Notes: generated by a model not told the origin, from the letters alone. DNA of 42,126 nucleotides from an uncultured Pirellulales bacterium (GCA_964582655.1 CAZOTP010000001.1:1-42126), one strand, 5' to 3'; positions 26,549 through 35,410 are shown, counted from the stretch's first letter. Numbers and translations: made by a program.

Positions 26549-27736
26549 TTACAGAAGCAGGGCCTGCTGCAGAACGGCGGTAGCGACTCCCCGGAGCAAG
26601 GCGTCGTCCCCTCCCCGCGCCGGCAGGAGGTCCACATGGCGGGAAGCGTGGTCATAGACCTCCTCGGTCATGGTTTGCCGGATTGCCCGGATCCAGTAGT
26701 TCATATCCTGTCGGCAGACATATCCGGCGAGGATCAGGCAGTCGGGATCGTACAAATTGATCGCGATGGCTGCGGCCCGGCTGAGCATGTCGGCAACGAA
26801 CGCTCTGAGTCGCAGCGCGTAGGAATCGTTTTTCCGATAGGCGTCGGCCCATTTTTCAATCACCCGTTCGGGAATGTCATCCTTTTGCAGGTTCTGGGAT
26901 AAAACGCTTTGCACGCCGTCGGCCAGATCCTTTCGAATCCGCCTGGCCAGGGCGGGGCCCGAAATCAGTGCTTCCAGGCATCCTCGATGGCCGCATCCGC
27001 AGAGAGGCCCATCCGGTTCCATGACAATATGGCCCAGTTCACCGGACCGGTTCGTCGCGCCGTGGAGGAGCTGCCCGTCGAGAATGACCGTTGTGCCGAC
27101 TCCGTCGGCGACGTTCAGATAGAGGATATTTTTCGGCGTGTCCCGGGAAGGAGAAATCTCGGCGAGGATTCGCACGCGGGTGGAATGCACCGAAACGGGA
27201 CAGGCGAATCTCGCCTGCAGCAACGAACGGAGTTTGACATCTTTCCACCCCAGCGGACTGGACAGCTCCACATCCCCCTGGCGGGAAATGGAACCGCTGA
27301 GGGTAACTCCGATTCCGATGAGCCTGCTTTCTTCGATGCCATGCCGGCCGATGAGTCCGCGAAGATTGATTTCCAGGGTGTTGACGATCCGCGCGGGATC
27401 ATGCCGGGGATCGCCGGGACATTCGATGCGTTCGACCATGCCGCCGGAAAAATCAAACAGCGCAATGGGGATTCGGCTGGGGCTGATTTCCACGCCCACC
27501 ATGTATCTGCCCATGGGATTGATCCGAAGGAGGACGGGTTTTACCCCGCGGCGGAGGCTCTGGCCTGTCTCTTCGAGGATCAGAGCTTTTTCCCGCAGTC
27601 GGCCTACCACATAACTGAGCGTCGAGCTGCGAAGGCCCGTCAATTCGCTCAACTGAACCTGGGAAAGCTGTCCATGCTGCACCAGCTTGAGCAAGACTAG
27701 TTTTTCGTTTCGGATTCCGCCTCGCTTGGATATCAT
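26549..27736 (-). CDS. ROK-family transcriptional regulator (NagC/XylR type)
   Basis: N-terminal wHTH (LVQHGQLSQVQLSELTGLRSSTLSYVVGRLREKALI). ROK sugar-kinase-like fold with GELGHIVMEPDGPLCGCGHRGCLEA (Zn motif). Divergent from the GH28 operon. Confidence 0.88.
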   Translation of the reverse strand: MISKRGGIRNEKLVLLKLVQHGQLSQVQLSELTGLRSSTLSYVVGRLREKALILEETGQSLRRGVKPVLLRINPMGRYMVGVEISPSRIPIALFDFSGGMVERIECPGDPRHDPARIVNTLEINLRGLIGRHGIEESRLIGIGVTLSGSISRQGDVELSSPLGWKDVKLRSLLQARFACPVSVHSTRVRILAEISPSRDTPKNILYLNVADGVGTTVILDGQLLHGATNRSGELGHIVMEPDGPLCGCGHRGCLEALISGPALARRIRKDLADGVQSVLSQNLQKDDIPERVIEKWADAYRKNDSYALRLRAFVADMLSRAAAIAINLYDPDCLILAGYVCRQDMNYWIRAIRQTMTEEVYDHASRHVDLLPARGGDDALLRGVATAVLQQALLL

Positions 27737-27905
27737 GGGATTCGTTATAACTCAATATTTGGACTATTTCAATAAATTTTATTAAAATCGAAATAAAATT
27801 ATATAAATAATTATATGATAATTACTTATACTTCGTTAATTTCACTCTTGATTTTTCTATTTATTTGTGATATAAGTAATTATCTCAATTATTGAGTAAA
27901 TAAAT
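27737..27905. promoter_or_regulatory. Extremely AT-rich divergent control region with long inverted repeats (candidate ROK operator/promoters)
   Basis: 169 bp between the ROK start (27736) and the GH28 start (27906), made almost entirely of A/T. A perfect 14-bp inverted repeat GATAATTACTTATA (27817-27830) / TATAAGTAATTATC (27871-27884). A 13-bp palindrome CTCAAT-T-ATTGAG (27884-27896). CTCAAT also occurs at 27751. Confidence 0.5.
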
Positions 27906-29495
27906 ATGAATAAAAACCAGAACCCTTTGTTTCCTGATTGGCAGCGTATGAAACGGAATGGCCACATGCCGGTAGAGGGTATTTTCGCGGTATTGCTGAT
28001 AGCCATGCCGCTGGTTTCTTCTGTTTGTTCCCAAATGCCCTCCAGGGCAATGGAATCGAATGATGGAACGTACGGCATCTGTGCCTATGGAGCGGTCGGC
28101 GACGGAACAACCCTGAACACCCAAGCGATTCAGGATGCGGTGGATTCCTGCTCCCGGAACGGCGGGGGCAGAGTGGTTGTTCCGCCGGGACGGTTCCTGA
28201 CCGGGACGATTTTCCTCAAGAACCACGTGGAACTGCATTTGATGCAGGGGGCGGTTCTGCTGGGCTCGAGCCGGCATGCGGATTATCCGCGAATTCCGAC
28301 GCCTGCGTATCGGTCCCATAAAGATGCCCACGGCTTTTACGCCCTTCTCTATGCCGAAGGGGCCGAACAGATCGCCCTGACAGGACAAGGGACCCTTGAC
28401 GGCCAGGGCGGGATGCAACAACCAAGACCCGAGGGCAAAGGAGACCGCGACGGGCGGCCCCGCGCGATACTGCTGATTTCCTGCAAAGAGGTTCGCGTGG
28501 AGGGCCTGCATCTGCGGAATTCCGGCAGCTGGATGCAGCATTATCTGAATTGCGAGGATGTCCAGATTCGCGGATTGAACGTGTTCAATCACAGCAACCG
28601 CAACAACGACGGGCTGGATATTGACGGCTGCCGGCGGGTTACGGTGTCCGATTGCATTCTGGATACCGACGACGATGCGATCTGCCTGAAAAGCACCGGC
28701 CTGGCGGCGGCGGAGGATGTGACGATATCCAACTGCGTGCTGAGCAGTCACTGCACCGCGATCAAGGCAGGCACGGAATCGACCGGCGGATTCCGCCGGA
28801 TTGTGTTCAGCGGCTGCACCGTCAGCCCGTCCGCCGTGAAAACCAAATTTTACGGGATGCCTCACGGGAAAGTCGGGATCGAGCTGGAGATCGTGGACGG
28901 CGGGACGCTCGACGGGGTAAGCATCAGCGATTTTACGATGGCGGGCATGGATATTCCGTTTTCCTTCCGGCTGGGCAATCGCGCCAGGCCCCATACCGAA
29001 GGGGCGACGGTGTCGGGGGTGGGCCATTTTCGCAATGTTGTGATGTCCAACATCACCGCAACGGCATCCGGCAAGATTTGCTCCTCGATCTGCGGCATTC
29101 CGGGATACGCAATTGAAAACATCTCCCTGCAGAATATCCAGTTGTTCAGCCCGGGCGGACAGACGGAAAAAGATCTCGTTCGCCAAGTTCCGGAACTGGA
29201 GGCGGAGAGCCCCGGGGGGCACATGTTCGGCAATCTTCCCGCTGCGGGTCTGTATATCCGGCACGGCAAACATATCCAGATCCAGGGGCTGCGCATGGGG
29301 GTACAGAATCCCGATGCCCGCTGGCCGCTGTGGGCAGACGATGTGCAGGGGCTGGAAATACGCGGCGTCCGCTGGACGGGACCCACTTCCGCCAAGGCGT
29401 TTCTCGCCGCCAGGCAGACCAGCGAGATTCAAATCGATTCGCCTCCGGGCTGGAACGGCGATCTGGTTCAATCCGTAAACGAAAAGGAAAACTGA
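27906..29495 (+). CDS. Glycoside hydrolase family 28 (polygalacturonase-like, right-handed beta-helix)
   Basis: N-terminal signal-like segment IFAVLLIAMPLVSSV. Pectate_lyase_3-type start GICAYGAVGDGTTLNTQAIQDAVDSC. GH28 catalytic blocks SNRNNDGLDIDGC, LDTDDDAICLKS and TAIKAG. The start could also be the Met at 27948. Confidence 0.85.
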   Translation: MNKNQNPLFPDWQRMKRNGHMPVEGIFAVLLIAMPLVSSVCSQMPSRAMESNDGTYGICAYGAVGDGTTLNTQAIQDAVDSCSRNGGGRVVVPPGRFLTGTIFLKNHVELHLMQGAVLLGSSRHADYPRIPTPAYRSHKDAHGFYALLYAEGAEQIALTGQGTLDGQGGMQQPRPEGKGDRDGRPRAILLISCKEVRVEGLHLRNSGSWMQHYLNCEDVQIRGLNVFNHSNRNNDGLDIDGCRRVTVSDCILDTDDDAICLKSTGLAAAEDVTISNCVLSSHCTAIKAGTESTGGFRRIVFSGCTVSPSAVKTKFYGMPHGKVGIELEIVDGGTLDGVSISDFTMAGMDIPFSFRLGNRARPHTEGATVSGVGHFRNVVMSNITATASGKICSSICGIPGYAIENISLQNIQLFSPGGQTEKDLVRQVPELEAESPGGHMFGNLPAAGLYIRHGKHIQIQGLRMGVQNPDARWPLWADDVQGLEIRGVRWTGPTSAKAFLAARQTSEIQIDSPPGWNGDLVQSVNEKEN

Positions 29496-29498
29496 ATC

Positions 29499-30761
29499 AT
29501 GATGAAACTGGAACGATATTCATTTGGCGTCGGGGACCGGTTCGGGCATCAGGGTCGGGCTCAGCTTCAGGCGATGATCCTGGCGGAACAGGCGGGCGTT
29601 GTCATCACCCCCGTGTGGAACAAATCCCACCGCGAGCACAGCATCATCCATACCGCGCCCGCTTCGGTGCGCCGGGAGGCCGACGCCGCTGTCAAGGCCC
29701 TAGGCTGGAAACACACGTACCACGTGGACGCCGACCACATCAGCCTGAAAAACGTGGACCTTTTCATGGAGGCGTCGGATTTTTTTACGCTCGACGTGGC
29801 GGATTTCATGGGAAAGCCCGCCGATCCGGCCGATGTGAAGGCTTTTGTGCAGAAACACAAAGGCCTCACCGGGACCCTGTCGATCCCCGGGATCGCCGAA
29901 CCTCTTTCCATTTCCGAGTCCCAGATCGAAACGATAGCCAAGAAAGTCCTTCTGGCGGTGCGGGAAGCGGGCCAGATTTATCGAACCATCGAGTCGGCCA
30001 AGGGAAAAGGCAATTTCATCACGGAAGTGTCCATGGATGAAACCGATCTGCCGCAGACTCCGGTGGAGATGCTTTTTATTCTCGCGGCGATTGCCGACGA
30101 AGGCATTCCCGCCCAGACGATCGCGCCGAAATTCACCGGACGGTTCAACAAGGGCGTGGATTATGTCGGCGATGTGAACCAGTTCGCCAAGGAATTCGAG
30201 CAGGATCTTGCCGTTATCGCATTTGCGGTGAAGGAATTTCATCTTCCCGAAAATCTCAAGCTGAGCGTTCATTCCGGCAGCGATAAATTCTCGATTTACG
30301 CCCCCATTCACAAGGCGCTGAAACGATTCCACGCCGGGCTGCATGTGAAAACCGCCGGCACGACGTGGCTGGAAGAAGTGATCGGTCTTGCCTCGGCCGG
30401 CGGGGAGGGGCTGAATATCGCGCGGACGATTTATGCCAACGCCCTGGGGCGGTTTGAGGAGCTTTGCGGCCCTTACGCCACGGTGATCGACATCGACAAA
30501 AGCAAGCTACCCGCGCCCGGGGAGGTCAATACCTGGTCGAGCCAGAAATTCGCCGATACGCTGCGGCATATCCAAAGCCGGCCAGTTGATCCACGTGGGG
30601 TATACTGTGGCCGTCGAGCTGGGAGACGTTTATCAGAATGCTTTACAAACCTACGAGAGCGTCATTGCCGCCGGAGTCACGGAAAACATCTGGCAGCGCC
30701 ATATCAAGCCCATTTTTCTGGGATACTGACATTTTATCCACCCCCGTTATTGAAGGAATGA
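29499..30761 (+). CDS. uxaE: Tagaturonate/fructuronate epimerase (UxaE-like); 3' end disrupted by an apparent 1-nt insertion near 30582
   Basis: MKLERYSFGVGDRFGHQGRAQL, ADADH-like HVDADHIS, LSVHSGSDKFSIY and HVKTAGTTWLEE match UxaE-family motifs (from memory of the Thermotoga enzyme). After RHIQSR the listed frame becomes an Arg-rich tail. The +1 frame reads QLIHVGYTVAVELGDVYQNALQTYESVIAAGVTENIWQRHIKPIFLGY and stops at 30727-30729. Confidence 0.75.
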   Translation: MMKLERYSFGVGDRFGHQGRAQLQAMILAEQAGVVITPVWNKSHREHSIIHTAPASVRREADAAVKALGWKHTYHVDADHISLKNVDLFMEASDFFTLDVADFMGKPADPADVKAFVQKHKGLTGTLSIPGIAEPLSISESQIETIAKKVLLAVREAGQIYRTIESAKGKGNFITEVSMDETDLPQTPVEMLFILAAIADEGIPAQTIAPKFTGRFNKGVDYVGDVNQFAKEFEQDLAVIAFAVKEFHLPENLKLSVHSGSDKFSIYAPIHKALKRFHAGLHVKTAGTTWLEEVIGLASAGGEGLNIARTIYANALGRFEELCGPYATVIDIDKSKLPAPGEVNTWSSQKFADTLRHIQSRPVDPRGVYCGRRAGRRLSECFTNLRERHCRRSHGKHLAAPYQAHFSGILTFYPPPLLKE

Positions 30762-30764
30762 ATC

Positions 30765-31583
30765 ATGAATGATCTGTTTAGCGTGAAGGACAAAGTGATA
30801 GCGATTACCGGCGCCGGCGGCGTTTTGTGCAGCGAAATGGCCAAGACCCTCGCGGCGCGGGGCGCGAAAATCGCGGTGCTGGACTTGAATGAAACCGCCG
30901 CCCAGACCGTCGCCGACGCGATTCACAAATCCGGCGGCGCCGCGGCGGCGATCAAGTGCAACGTGCTCGACAAGGCCAGCGTGCAGCAGGCTCACGACGC
31001 CATTCTTGCCAAATTCGGCCGCATCGACGTTCTGATCAACGGCGCCGGCGGCAATAAAAAAGAGGCGACCACCAGTCCCGAAATGTGCTTTTTTGACATG
31101 CCCGCCGATGCCCTCCGGTTTGTTTTTGAGCTGAATTTCATCGGCACGCTGCTTCCCAGCCAGGTTTTCGCCAAAACGATGGCGGCCGCGGGTTCGGGGA
31201 TCATTTTGAACACTTCCAGCATGAGCGCCTTTCGCCCGCTGACGAAAATTGCCGGCTACTCCGCCGCCAAAGCGGCTGTCAGCAACTTCACGCAGTGGCT
31301 CGCCGTGCATCTGTGCCAGAATTACTCGAAGGCCATTCGCGTGAACGCGATCGCTCCGGGATTTTTCCTGACCGAACAGAACCGCTTCCTGCTGACCGAT
31401 GAAAAAACCGGCGCTCTGACTCCGCGCGGCAAGAGCATCATCGACCACACCCCGATGGGGCGATTCGGCGATCCGGCCGATCTCGACGGCGCGGTGATCT
31501 GGCTGCTCAGCGACGCCTCGAAATTCGTCACGGGAACGGTCATCCCGATTGACGGCGGTTTCGCGGCATTCAGCGGCGTTTGA
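30765..31583 (+). CDS. SDR-family oxidoreductase, fructuronate reductase / D-mannonate oxidoreductase-like (UxaD/UxuB type)
   Basis: ITGAGGVLCSEMAKTLAARGAKIAVLDLN (cofactor site), NGAGGN, SSMSAF...YSAAKAAV (catalytic Ser/Tyr/Lys) and IAPGFFLTEQN. The function is inferred from the neighbouring uxaE. Confidence 0.8.
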   Translation: MNDLFSVKDKVIAITGAGGVLCSEMAKTLAARGAKIAVLDLNETAAQTVADAIHKSGGAAAAIKCNVLDKASVQQAHDAILAKFGRIDVLINGAGGNKKEATTSPEMCFFDMPADALRFVFELNFIGTLLPSQVFAKTMAAAGSGIILNTSSMSAFRPLTKIAGYSAAKAAVSNFTQWLAVHLCQNYSKAIRVNAIAPGFFLTEQNRFLLTDEKTGALTPRGKSIIDHTPMGRFGDPADLDGAVIWLLSDASKFVTGTVIPIDGGFAAFSGV

Positions 31584-31602
31584 GAAGGATATAATCCTGT
31601 AG

Positions 31603-32538
31603 ATGGAGTCGCGAACGCGAATGAGGACGGACCAGGTTATGACACATCCGGCACAGCCTTTGATGGATTTGAAGAAATCGAACGATTTTTTCGTGGGAAT
31701 CGATTCCGACGGCTGCGTGTTTGACACGATGGGCATCAAGCATCGGGAGTGTTTCTGCCCGATGCTGATCGCGTATTTCGGCCTGCAGCCCGTCGCCCAC
31801 GCCGCCCGGGAGTGCAAGGATTTTGCGGATTTGTACAGCAAAACCCGGGGGGCAAACCGGCACAAGACCTCCGTCCGGATTTTGACGGAGCTGCTGCCTT
31901 CGCATCCCGAGGTCCGGGAGCGGAATTTCAAGGTTCCCGCCTTTCCGTATTACGAGCAATGGGTGAACGATCCGCAGAGCCTCCTGAGCGACAAGGGCCT
32001 GGAACAAGCGATAGCCGCCGCGCCCAATGAGGAAGCCCGCAAAGAATTCCGGCTGGTGCTCACCTGGAGCAAACGAGTGAACGAGCTGATTAAGGAAGTT
32101 GTCAAGGGGATACCGCCGTTTCCTTACGTGCGGGAGAGCCTCGAAAAAATCCGGCGAACCGCCGATATGATTGTCTGCTCGCAGACGCCCACCGAAGCGC
32201 TGGTTCGGGAGTGGCAGGAACACGGCATCCAGGATTATCCGGCGGTTATTGCCGGTCAGGAAATGGGCACGAAGGCCGAACATCTGAAATATGCCTCGCA
32301 GGGCAAGTACGCCGAGAACCATGTCCTGATGATCGGCGACGCCCCCGGCGACCTCAAGGCCGCCCAGGCGAACCGCGCCCTGTTTTTTCCCGTCAATCCC
32401 GGACACGAAACCGCCTCCTGGAAGCGGTTTTACGAGGAAGGCTTTGACCGATTCATCCACGGCACGTTTGCGGGGCCATACCAGAACGGCCTCATTGCCG
32501 AATTTGAAAGTTATCTGCCCGAACACCCAAGCTGGTAA
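31603..32538 (+). CDS. HAD-superfamily hydrolase (phosphatase/phosphomutase-like)
   Basis: Motif I FFVGIDSDGCVFDT, motif II MIVCSQTP, motif III Lys (GTKAEHLK) and motif IV MIGDAPGDLKAA. The start is uncertain (ATG at 31603, 31639 or 31663). Confidence 0.8.
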   Translation: MESRTRMRTDQVMTHPAQPLMDLKKSNDFFVGIDSDGCVFDTMGIKHRECFCPMLIAYFGLQPVAHAARECKDFADLYSKTRGANRHKTSVRILTELLPSHPEVRERNFKVPAFPYYEQWVNDPQSLLSDKGLEQAIAAAPNEEARKEFRLVLTWSKRVNELIKEVVKGIPPFPYVRESLEKIRRTADMIVCSQTPTEALVREWQEHGIQDYPAVIAGQEMGTKAEHLKYASQGKYAENHVLMIGDAPGDLKAAQANRALFFPVNPGHETASWKRFYEEGFDRFIHGTFAGPYQNGLIAEFESYLPEHPSW

Positions 32539-32547
32539 GGAATTGCC

Positions 32548-33825
32548 ATGTTATTCTATAAACGCGGAAGCGTAACCGACATCATCACGAACGACGATTT
32601 AAAAAAGGGGCTGTTTGAAGCGCTGGACCGCATCGGCGCGAAACAGAAAGTTCTCGCCCTGCCCCCGGACATCACGCGGTATCACTCGCGCGCCGGCATA
32701 CTGACCGCCATGGCGTGGGAGTATTATCGCGAGCGGCTCACCGACATTCTGCCGGCACTCGGCACGCACTTTGCGATGACCGAAGCGGAAATCCGCAAGA
32801 TGTTCGGCGATGCCGTTCCCCTTTCCCTTTTTCGGGTTCATGACTGGCGGAAAGGGCTTGTCACGCTCGGCGAAGTCCCCGCCGAATTCGTCAAGGAGGT
32901 CAGCGAAGGCCGTGTCGATTATTCCTGGCCCGCGCAGGTCGATACGCTTCTGATCGAAGGGAAATTCGATCTGATTCTCTCCTTCGGCCAGGTGGTTCCG
33001 CACGAAGTCGTCGGGATGGCCAACTACAACAAGAATGTTTTTGTGGGCACCGGCGGCGCCGAAGGCATCAACAAAAGCCACTTTCTCGGCGCCGTTTACG
33101 GCATGGAGCGCATGATGGGCCGCGCCGACACCCCCGTCCGCAAGGTGCTCAATTACGCTTCGGAACATTTCGCCAAAGATATGCCCATTGTATATGTGCA
33201 AACCGTGGTGGGTTCCGACGCGCAGGGCAATCTCGTGACCCGCGGACTCTTCATCGGCGATGACATCGAATGCTTCAACCTCGCCGCGGAGCTGTCTCTG
33301 AAGGTCAACTTCCAAATGCTCGATAAGCCCCTCGATAAAGTCGTGGTGTATCTCGATCCCCATGAATACAAGAGCACCTGGCTGGGCAACAAGAGCATCT
33401 ACCGCACGCGGATGGCGATGGCGGACGGCGGGCAGCTCATCGTCCTGGCGCCGGGGCTTCGCGAATTCGGCGAAGATCCGGAAATCGACCGGCTGATCCG
33501 GAAATACGGGTATGTCGGCACGCCGAAAATCCTGCTTCTCGTGAAGGAAAACGAGGACCTCCGCGCCAACCTCAGCGCCGCGGCGCACCTGATTCACGGC
33601 TCGTCCGAAGGCCGCTTTACCATCACCTACTGCCCCGGCAAAGTCAGCCGGAAAGAAATCGAATCCGTTCATTTCGAATACGCCGATTTGAAAACAATGA
33701 TGGCCCGCTACAATCCCGACACCCTCCGGGACGGATTCAACACTCTGCCCGACGGCGAACAGATTTTCTATATTTCCAACCCCGGCCTGGGGCTCTGGTC
33801 GTTCAAAGATCGTTTTAACCGGTAA
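32548..33825 (+). CDS. LarA-superfamily (DUF2088/Lar_N) nickel-pincer-cofactor-type 2-hydroxyacid racemase/epimerase homologue; context suggests mannonate/gluconate 2-epimerase (GntE-like)
   Basis: 425 aa, the same length as LarA. By-eye alignment: LPPDITR ~ SSDHTR; ALGTH(74) ~ ATGFH(108); VVPH(152)E-x8-K(162)-x15-H(178) reproduces the LarA His174/Lys184/His200 spacing exactly; GGQLIVLAPG ~ GGTIIMVAG. Confidence 0.65.
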   Translation: MLFYKRGSVTDIITNDDLKKGLFEALDRIGAKQKVLALPPDITRYHSRAGILTAMAWEYYRERLTDILPALGTHFAMTEAEIRKMFGDAVPLSLFRVHDWRKGLVTLGEVPAEFVKEVSEGRVDYSWPAQVDTLLIEGKFDLILSFGQVVPHEVVGMANYNKNVFVGTGGAEGINKSHFLGAVYGMERMMGRADTPVRKVLNYASEHFAKDMPIVYVQTVVGSDAQGNLVTRGLFIGDDIECFNLAAELSLKVNFQMLDKPLDKVVVYLDPHEYKSTWLGNKSIYRTRMAMADGGQLIVLAPGLREFGEDPEIDRLIRKYGYVGTPKILLLVKENEDLRANLSAAAHLIHGSSEGRFTITYCPGKVSRKEIESVHFEYADLKTMMARYNPDTLRDGFNTLPDGEQIFYISNPGLGLWSFKDRFNR

Positions 33826-33858
33826 CCGAACGTTTATTTTACAAGGAGTTGATTGATC

Positions 33859-35310
33859 ATGTCGAAAGCTGATATGGGTTTGATCGGGTTGGCCGTGATG
33901 GGGGAAAACCTCATCCTCAACATGGAAAGCAAAGGATTCACCGTCGCCTGCTTCAACCGGACGGTGTCCAAGGTCGATGATTTTATGAACGGCCGCGCGA
34001 AGGGCAAAAAAATCATCGGCTGTCACAGCATCGAGGAACTTGCCGCCAACCTCGCGCGTCCCCGCAAAGTGATGCTCATGGTGAAAGCCGGCAGCGCCGT
34101 GGATGACTTCATCGACCTCGTCCTGCCCCACCTCGAAGACGGCGACATTATTATTGATGGCGGCAACAGCCACTTCCCGGATACCATCCGCCGCACCCAG
34201 TATGTCGAGAGCAAAGGCAAACTCTACATTGGCACCGGCGTTTCCGGCGGGGAAGAAGGCGCCCTGACCGGCCCTTCCATCATGCCGGGGGGAAGCCCCG
34301 CCGCCTGGCCCGCGGTGAAACCGATTTTCCAGAAAATTGCCGCCAAGACCTCCGCCGGCGAGCCCTGCTGCGAATGGGTCGGCGAAAACGGCGCCGGACA
34401 TTTCGTGAAAATGGTCCACAACGGGATCGAGTACGGCGATATGCAGATGATCTGCGAAACCTACCAGATGATGAAGGAAGGACTCGGCATGACCAATACG
34501 GAAATGCACGAGGTCTTCAAGGAATGGAACGCCGCCGAGCTGGACAGCTACCTGATCGAAATCACCCGCGACATCCTCGGCTATAAGGATGAGCAAGGCA
34601 AGGAAGTCGTCGATCTCATCCTCGACACCGCCGGGCAGAAAGGCACCGGCAAATGGACCGCTGTCGCGGCCCTGGATGAGGGCATGCCCCTCACGCTGAT
34701 CGGTGAAGCCGTTTTCGCCCGCTGCCTCTCCGCAATGAAGGACGAGCGGGTGGAGGCGAGCAAGGTCCTCTCGGGCCCCAAGGGCAAATTCAAAGGCGAC
34801 AAGAAGCAGATGATCCACGATCTGCGCAAGGCCCTTTACGCCTCCAAGATCGTCTCCTACGCCCAGGGCTACCAGCTCATGCGGGCCGCGGCCAAGACCT
34901 ACCACTGGAACCTCAACAACGGCGGCATTGCCCTGATGTGGCGGGGCGGCTGCATTATCCGATCGGCCTTCCTCGGCAAAATCAAGGAAGCGTTTGACAA
35001 GAATCCCAATCTGGTCAACCTGCTGCTCGATCCGTTCTTCAAGAACGCCGTCGAGACCGCGCAGGAAAGCTGGCGCCGCGTCGCCGTGGCTGCGGTCGAA
35101 CTGGGCATTCCCATGCCCTGCATCACCGCCGCGTTGGCATACTTCGACGGCTACCGTACCGCCCGGCTGCCCGCCAACCTCTTGCAGGCCCAGCGGGACT
35201 ACTTCGGCGCGCACACGTACGAGCGCGTCGATAAACCCCGGGGCCAGTTTTTCCACACCAACTGGACTGGACGCGGCGGCACCACCTCCGCCAGCACCTA
35301 CATTGCCTAA
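33859..35310 (+). CDS. gnd: 6-phosphogluconate dehydrogenase, decarboxylating
   Basis: ATG 33859 after AAGGAG. ADMGLIGLAVMGENLILNMESKGF, IIDGGNSHF, GTGVSGGEEGALTGPSIMPGG, HFVKMVHNGIEYGDMQ, DTAGQKGTGKW, IALMWRGGCIIRS and QAQRDYFGAHTYERVD. Confidence 0.95.
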   Translation: MSKADMGLIGLAVMGENLILNMESKGFTVACFNRTVSKVDDFMNGRAKGKKIIGCHSIEELAANLARPRKVMLMVKAGSAVDDFIDLVLPHLEDGDIIIDGGNSHFPDTIRRTQYVESKGKLYIGTGVSGGEEGALTGPSIMPGGSPAAWPAVKPIFQKIAAKTSAGEPCCEWVGENGAGHFVKMVHNGIEYGDMQMICETYQMMKEGLGMTNTEMHEVFKEWNAAELDSYLIEITRDILGYKDEQGKEVVDLILDTAGQKGTGKWTAVAALDEGMPLTLIGEAVFARCLSAMKDERVEASKVLSGPKGKFKGDKKQMIHDLRKALYASKIVSYAQGYQLMRAAAKTYHWNLNNGGIALMWRGGCIIRSAFLGKIKEAFDKNPNLVNLLLDPFFKNAVETAQESWRRVAVAAVELGIPMPCITAALAYFDGYRTARLPANLLQAQRDYFGAHTYERVDKPRGQFFHTNWTGRGGTTSASTYIA

Positions 35311-35365
35311 GCGGAATGCCAATCCGGTTTTTGCTTGCTTTGCAGAAGCCGCTTGAAAACAATAT

Positions 35366-35410
35366 GGCGGTGAGTTCGCGATTCCATCGGCGGCTCACCG
35401 CCGTTTTTTA
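35366..35410 (+). terminator. Intrinsic terminator ending the GH28-to-gnd operon
   Basis: Perfect 9-bp GC-rich stem GGCGGTGAG (35366-35374) / CTCACCGCC (35394-35402) followed by GTTTTTTA. It lies inside the spurious N-terminal extension of ORF 35316..36011, which supports the 35424 start for the next gene. Confidence 0.7.

Noticed and set aside
27885-29471. A 528-aa minus-strand ORF antisense to GH28. Similar long antisense ORFs occur at 1994-3157, 6581-7675, 15736-16911, 16092-17156, 30747-31931, 31570-32526, 38305-39489, 39597-40649 and 40606-41637.
   Set aside because: Each is in antisense register with a motif-supported gene, is Arg/Pro/Gly-rich and has no family signatures. I treat them all as non-coding shadows.
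32599-35322. A 907-aa ORF on the minus strand spanning the LarA-like gene, the intergenic gap and gnd.
   Set aside because: It lies exactly antisense to two well-supported genes. Its Gly/Ala/Val/Asp/Glu-rich composition (GNN codons) is what the complement of C3-rich codons produces. It has no recognisable motifs. This is a shadow ORF typical of high-GC DNA.
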